The translations under genes were made by a program, and so were the position numbers. 10,611 nucleotides of DNA, from the NCBI GenBank assembly GCA_035542695.1, contig DATKKY010000095.1, positions 1-10,611 of the forward strand, in the 5' to 3' direction. This DNA comes from a bacterium (GTDB taxonomy: Bacteria > Arandabacterota > Arandabacteria > Arandabacterales > Arandabacteraceae). Below the pieces are notes generated by a model. That model worked only from the letters and a program-made list of their open reading frames with translations. It ran no database searches and was not told the DNA's origin. Below are positions 6,970 through 10,611 of this stretch, piece after piece. Within the stretch, counting starts at the first letter, position 1; every line of letters starts with the position of its first letter.

Positions 6970-7881
6970 CTATTGATAGAGGGTTCCCGTGTTTATGATC
7001 GGCTGCACTTCGGTCTCAGACACCAATGCCACCAAGAGATTGTTGACCATCGTGGCCCGCTTCTCCTGGTCCAGCTCGAGGATCTTCTGTTCAGTCAGCG
7101 CGTTGAGCGCCATCTGGACCATGCCGACCGCGCCCTCGACAATCTTCTGCCGTGCGGCGATGATCGCCTGGGCTTGCTGACGCCGGAGCATCAGCTGGGC
7201 AATCTCCGGTGCATAAGCCAGGTGGCTAATGCGGGACTCGATTATCTCCAGGCCTGCGACCTGGAGTCTTGCCTCGAGTTGGCTCTTGAGGTTCTCCGCA
7301 ATCTCCTGAGGACTGCCTCGGAGCGAGGTCCGTTGCTCGTCCTGGGCGTCGTAGGGATACTCGGAGGCCAGGGCGCGGATCGCGGTTTCGCTCTGAATCG
7401 ACACGAACTGCTCGTAGTTCTCGACGTCGAATAGGGCGCGGGCCGAGTCCACCACCCGCCAGACTACCACGGCGGCTATCTCGATGGGATTGCCGTGAGA
7501 GTCGTTGACCTTGATCTTCTCGCTCGCGAAGTTGTGGATCCTCAAGGACACGTGTTTCTTCACCGCGAAGGGCTGAGCCCACCAGAACCCGGAATCGCGG
7601 ATCGAGCCAACGTACTTCCCGAACAGGACGAGCACGCGGGCCTCGTTGGGCTGAACCACCATGAGCCCCTTGGCCCAGATGAGGGTCACGAACAGCATCG
7701 GGAGCAGTACCCAGAACAAGGTCGGGGGGCCGGCCTCCCGGCCATAGCGCATGGCGTCACTGTGAGTCTGCGAGGCCATCGCAAATATGGTGTAGATGTC
7801 CAGCGCGATCAGGGCTACCAGGATCACAAGGGCGACGAACCCATTGATCCGCGTTGCGTTTCTTTCTGATACCTGCTGCAT
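6970..7881 (-). CDS. SPFH / band-7 (stomatin-prohibitin-flotillin-HflK/C) domain membrane protein
   Basis: Two N-terminal hydrophobic helices ([22 protein letters not shown] and [16 protein letters not shown]) are followed by a typical SPFH core ([31 protein letters not shown]...[23 protein letters not shown]) and a coiled-coil-like C-terminus. I chose the start at 7881 (MQQVSE..) because GGAGG lies 7 nt upstream. The upstream ATG at 7941 would place the start upstream of the -10 and TSS of the predicted promoter, inside the spacer. Confidence 0.8.
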   Translation of the reverse strand: MQQVSERNATRINGFVALVILVALIALDIYTIFAMASQTHSDAMRYGREAGPPTLFWVLLPMLFVTLIWAKGLMVVQPNEARVLVLFGKYVGSIRDSGFWWAQPFAVKKHVSLRIHNFASEKIKVNDSHGNPIEIAAVVVWRVVDSARALFDVENYEQFVSIQSETAIRALASEYPYDAQDEQRTSLRGSPQEIAENLKSQLEARLQVAGLEIIESRISHLAYAPEIAQLMLRRQQAQAIIAARQKIVEGAVGMVQMALNALTEQKILELDQEKRATMVNNLLVALVSETEVQPIINTGTLYQ

Positions 7882-7908
7882 GACGGCACCTCCTTCACCT
7901 TGGTTATC

Positions 7909-7941
7909 GGTGATATTGTTATGATATCTTACTGATATCAT
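7909..7941. promoter_or_regulatory. Candidate operator: perfect inverted repeat ATGATATC-ttact-GATATCAT (7921-7941) plus three TGATAT direct repeats at 11-bp phasing (7911, 7922, 7933), covering the spacer, the -10 and the start-site region of the SPFH promoter
   Basis: The 8-bp arms are exact reverse complements with a 5-bp spacer. The TGATAT copies at 7911-7916, 7922-7927 and 7933-7938 are exactly one helical turn apart. Both the inverted repeat and the phased repeats overlap the promoter spacer and -10, and the first repeat copy lies at the predicted TSS. Confidence 0.5.
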
Positions 7942-7949
7942 AATGTCAA
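7921..7949 (-). promoter_or_regulatory. Sigma70-like promoter of the SPFH gene: -35 TTGACA (complement of 7944-7949), 17-nt spacer, -10 TATCAT (complement of 7921-7926)
   Basis: The hexamers and spacing can be read directly on the minus strand: cgcTTGACAttatgatatcagtaagaTATCATaacaat. The predicted transcription start is about 30 nt upstream of the ATG at 7881. Confidence 0.55.
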
Positions 7950-7996
7950 GCGAAAAATGAAGGTCGGGGGAGGCTCTGGGGCAGCGGTGCCGATTC

Positions 7997-8758
7997 CTAG
8001 CTGATTAGCCCCTTGATATACTCCCGGGTCAGTTCCTGTTTGGGGTTTTCGAAGAATGCGTCGGCGGGACCGTATTCGATGAGATCGCCTAGATAAAGGA
8101 AGACTATGTAATCCGCGAGGCGCCGAGCCTGGCGGAGGATGTGCGTCACCATTACGATCGTGTATTCCTGCTTTATCTCCTGGAACTTCTCTTCGATCCG
8201 CTGGCTGGACTTGGGGTCGAGCGCCGATGTGGGCTCGTCGGCCAGGATGATCTCGGGTTCAACGGCGAGACCGCGCGCCAGGCACAGCCGCTGCTGCTGG
8301 CCGATCGAGAGCCGGGAGGCTGGGGCGTGAAGCCGGTCTTTCACCTCATCCCACAGCGTGGCTTCCTTGAGATAGTGTTCGACAATCCTGTCCAGTTCCT
8401 TCTTGGCCCGCACCCCGTGAATCTTGAGGCCATAAGCAACGTTGTCATAGATGGACATCGGAAGCGGGCAGGGCCGCTGGGAAAGCAGCCCCATCTTCTT
8501 GCGGATGTGCGTTATCTCTGCCTTCGGATCATAGACGTTCTCGCCGTCCACCAGGACTTCGCCGGTGATCTTGATGCCCTCCATCGATTCAATAAGGCGG
8601 TTAAAGGAGCGCAGGAGAGTTGTCTTGCCGCAGCCCGAAGGCCCGATGATCGCCGTTATCATCTTGTCGGGAATGTCCACGGTTATGCCCTTGAGGGCCC
8701 GCTCACCGGCGTAGGAAACCGTGAGGTTCTTAACGCTTATGTGCGGTCTCAGCTCCAT
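7997..8758 (-). CDS. pstB: Phosphate ABC transporter ATP-binding protein PstB
   Basis: 253 aa with Walker [13 protein letters not shown] signature LSIGQQQR, Walker [12 protein letters not shown], and a PstB-typical N-terminus (..[24 protein letters not shown]). GGAGG lies 4 nt upstream of the ATG and overlaps the pstA stop codon. Confidence 0.93.
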   Translation of the reverse strand: MELRPHISVKNLTVSYAGERALKGITVDIPDKMITAIIGPSGCGKTTLLRSFNRLIESMEGIKITGEVLVDGENVYDPKAEITHIRKKMGLLSQRPCPLPMSIYDNVAYGLKIHGVRAKKELDRIVEHYLKEATLWDEVKDRLHAPASRLSIGQQQRLCLARGLAVEPEIILADEPTSALDPKSSQRIEEKFQEIKQEYTIVMVTHILRQARRLADYIVFLYLGDLIEYGPADAFFENPKQELTREYIKGLIS

Positions 8759-8766
8759 CTTGCCTC

Positions 8767-9768
8767 CTACTTCACGATGTACTTGGTGTACTTGCGACTT
8801 AGCATTCTCGACCCGATGCTGATTACGAGGATGATGATCGTGAGAATCAGCGCAGAAGCATAGGCACGCTGCTGAACCTCGGGGAAGGGCGTGCCCAGCT
8901 GGAAAAAGATCGCCAACGGCAAAGTCGCTGCCGGACGGAGTAGCGAGTGAGGTATCGCGTCGCTGTAGCCGGCCGTGAATATCACCGAGGCCGCGTCGCC
9001 CACGCCGCGGCCAAAGGCAATCAGGATGGCCGTGAGGATCCCCGGGAAGGCCTGGCGCGCCACGACCCTGATTGCGGTCTCCCAGCGGGTAGTGCCAAGT
9101 GCGTACGACGCGTCAGAGAGCTCCTCGGGCACCATGCGAATCACTTCGTCCATCGCGCGGCACATTATTGGCAGGACCAGCAGAGAGACAGCGATGATGC
9201 CTCCCAAGAGCGATGCGCCGACGTGGAAGAAGAGCATCAGCGAGAATCCAAAGGCACCGTACACTATCGAAGGAATTCCCCACAGCACGTCCAACGAGAA
9301 CCTGACCAGGCCGGCCAGGCGCGAGCCCCGCTTGGTGTTGACGTTGAGATAGAGGACCACCGGAAGGCTTATGACGATCGCAACCAGCGTTGCCCCTCCC
9401 GCCACAAAGAGCGATCCCACAATCGCATTGAGAATGCCGCCTTCCTTGCCGAGGTAGTAGCCGCCCTTGGGAGCTTGCGTGATCATCGACAGCTTCATCG
9501 CCGGAAGACCCTTGACCGTGATGGTCGCAAGTATCAGAACCAGGCTCAAGAGCACCAGGGCGGTCGAGGCAATCATCAAAACCCTAAAGAAGCCCTCCTC
9601 GAGCCTCCTGGGCTCGAAGCGGCGCCGCTTGGTGAGGATGCTCAGCGCTTTGCGGCCGAAGGGGTCTGTGGACAGGCCCACCGGGATGTCCCGCATACCA
9701 CGGGGTTGCCACGACGGCGTACTGGACCGCTTGCGGGTTCGCCCATCTTCCCATCTTTCTGCCGACAC
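8767..9768 (-). CDS. pstA: Phosphate ABC transporter permease PstA
   Basis: A multi-TM permease with an ABC-permease EAA-type loop (ASYALGTTRWETAIRVVARQAFPGI), lying between pstC and pstB. The start shown is a GTG with GGAGG 10 nt upstream. The first in-frame ATG is at 9696, so the true start is uncertain. Confidence 0.85.
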   Translation of the reverse strand: MSAERWEDGRTRKRSSTPSWQPRGMRDIPVGLSTDPFGRKALSILTKRRRFEPRRLEEGFFRVLMIASTALVLLSLVLILATITVKGLPAMKLSMITQAPKGGYYLGKEGGILNAIVGSLFVAGGATLVAIVISLPVVLYLNVNTKRGSRLAGLVRFSLDVLWGIPSIVYGAFGFSLMLFFHVGASLLGGIIAVSLLVLPIMCRAMDEVIRMVPEELSDASYALGTTRWETAIRVVARQAFPGILTAILIAFGRGVGDAASVIFTAGYSDAIPHSLLRPAATLPLAIFFQLGTPFPEVQQRAYASALILTIIILVISIGSRMLSRKYTKYIVK

Positions 9769-9796
9769 TAGCCTCGTACCTCCGTATGCAGCTATG

Positions 9797-10611
9797 TCAC
9801 TTGATGCTGCGGGTCACTCGGACAAGCACCAGCCGCGCGCCCACGTTGAAGAGCACCACTACCACCAGCAGGATCAGGGACGCAAAGAGCAAGGCCGAAT
9901 CGTACATCGGGACCGAGAGCATTTCGCCGTAGTTGTTGGCAATTAGGGCCGCCAGCGGGTATGAGGGATCGAGCACCGAGTGAGGCACCTGCGGCACGTT
10001 GCCGGCGACCATCAGCACCGCCATCGTCTCTCCGAAAGCCCGTGACAGGCCGAGCAGGACTGCCGCCACTATTCCGGGGAAGGCCTTGCGGACGACTGCA
10101 TACTTGACTGTCTGCCATCGGGTCGCGCCCAAGGCAAGCGAAGCTTCCCGCATCTCGCGGGGCACTGACGCGAAGACCTCGAGTGAGACGTTGATTATCA
10201 GCGGGAAGATCATGATCGCCAGCACTATGCCAGCTGCCAGGACACAGTAACCGGAGGAGAAACTCCCCGTGAGCGGCGCAATGTGGTCCTTGATGAACGG
10301 CACGATGATTAGCACGCCCCACACACCGAAGACCACCGACGGAATGCCTGCGAGCAAATCGACAAATGGCCGGGCAAACTCGCGCATCCGCCGCGGCGCG
10401 TATTCCGAAAGGTAGATCGCAGTCAAGAGGCAGAGCGGCACGGCGATCACCACTGCTGCCAGCGTGACCCAGAGGCTACCGACTATGAACGGCAGGAATC
10501 CGAATTCACCCCGCGAGGGGTGCCACGATGACGAAAAAAGCAGGTGGCCCAGCGACTTGACGGCCAGGATCGGCCGCGACCGCTGATAGAGGCCAAGGGT
10601 CATGAAGACCA
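9797..10611 (-). CDS. pstC: Phosphate ABC transporter permease PstC, N-terminus truncated by the window edge
   Basis: A multi-TM permease with an EAA-type loop (EASLALGATRWQTVKYAVVRKAFPGI). The reading frame is still open at position 10611. Gene order is pstC, pstA, pstB. Confidence 0.85.
   Translation of the reverse strand, partial: VFMTLGLYQRSRPILAVKSLGHLLFSSSWHPSRGEFGFLPFIVGSLWVTLAAVVIAVPLCLLTAIYLSEYAPRRMREFARPFVDLLAGIPSVVFGVWGVLIIVPFIKDHIAPLTGSFSSGYCVLAAGIVLAIMIFPLIINVSLEVFASVPREMREASLALGATRWQTVKYAVVRKAFPGIVAAVLLGLSRAFGETMAVLMVAGNVPQVPHSVLDPSYPLAALIANNYGEMLSVPMYDSALLFASLILLVVVVLFNVGARLVLVRVTRSIK

Noticed and set aside
7882-7941. Alternative upstream start (ATG at 7941) for the SPFH gene, adding 20 residues ([20 protein letters not shown])
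   Set aside because: The extension is the translation of the promoter and RBS region; GEGG corresponds to the GGAGG Shine-Dalgarno. It would begin upstream of the predicted -10 and TSS, within the spacer. The ATG at 7881 has a near-ideal RBS.
8141-8863. 240-aa plus-strand ORF antisense to pstB; also 8947..9771 and 9467..9946 antisense to pstA, 9792..10322 out of frame within pstC, and 6973..7434 antisense to the SPFH gene
   Set aside because: These are shadow ORFs inside well-supported genes. Their compositions are rich in R, H and D, and they have no RBS.
1-10611. Scan for CRISPR repeats, tRNA or rRNA genes, and integron attC or attI sites
   Set aside because: No regularly spaced direct repeats, cloverleaf-compatible segments or rRNA-like conserved blocks were seen. 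The only structured repeats are the promoter palindrome at 7909-7941 and the hairpin at 6911-6966.

Overview
This is a GC-rich bacterial chromosomal segment with eight supportable protein-coding genes and no rRNA, tRNA, CRISPR array or recognisable mobile element. On the plus strand, two tandem paralogous genes of about 1010 codons each (45..3074 and 3172..6207) encode receptor-type Hanks Ser/Thr kinases. Each has an N-terminal catalytic domain with every canonical motif intact, a Gly/Ala/Pro-rich linker, a single transmembrane helix, a conserved juxtamembrane extracytoplasmic module and a long C-terminal TPR array. A 120-aa gene for a three-helix membrane protein (6232..6594) follows the second kinase after only 24 nt and has its own GGAG ribosome-binding site. 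On the minus strand, reading from the right edge, are a phosphate ABC transporter operon (pstC truncated at the window edge, then pstA and pstB with a stop/RBS overlap), then an SPFH/band-7 membrane protein gene (6970..7881), then a small Arc-like ribbon-helix-helix protein gene (6658..6861). The SPFH gene has its own sigma70-like promoter (perfect TTGACA, 17-nt spacer, TATCAT). A perfect ATGATATC-N5-GATATCAT inverted repeat covers the -10 and part of the spacer, and three TGATAT direct repeats at exact 11-bp phasing span from the spacer to the predicted start-site region; both look like an operator. A GC-rich imperfect hairpin lies between the SPFH and Arc-like genes. The most interesting biology is the duplicated receptor kinase pair with its downstream small membrane protein, and the SPFH/RHH module with its repeat-laden promoter. 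In the kinase pair, sequence conservation is mosaic: near-identical juxtamembrane and central/C-terminal TPR blocks alternate with strongly diverged linker and TPR blocks.
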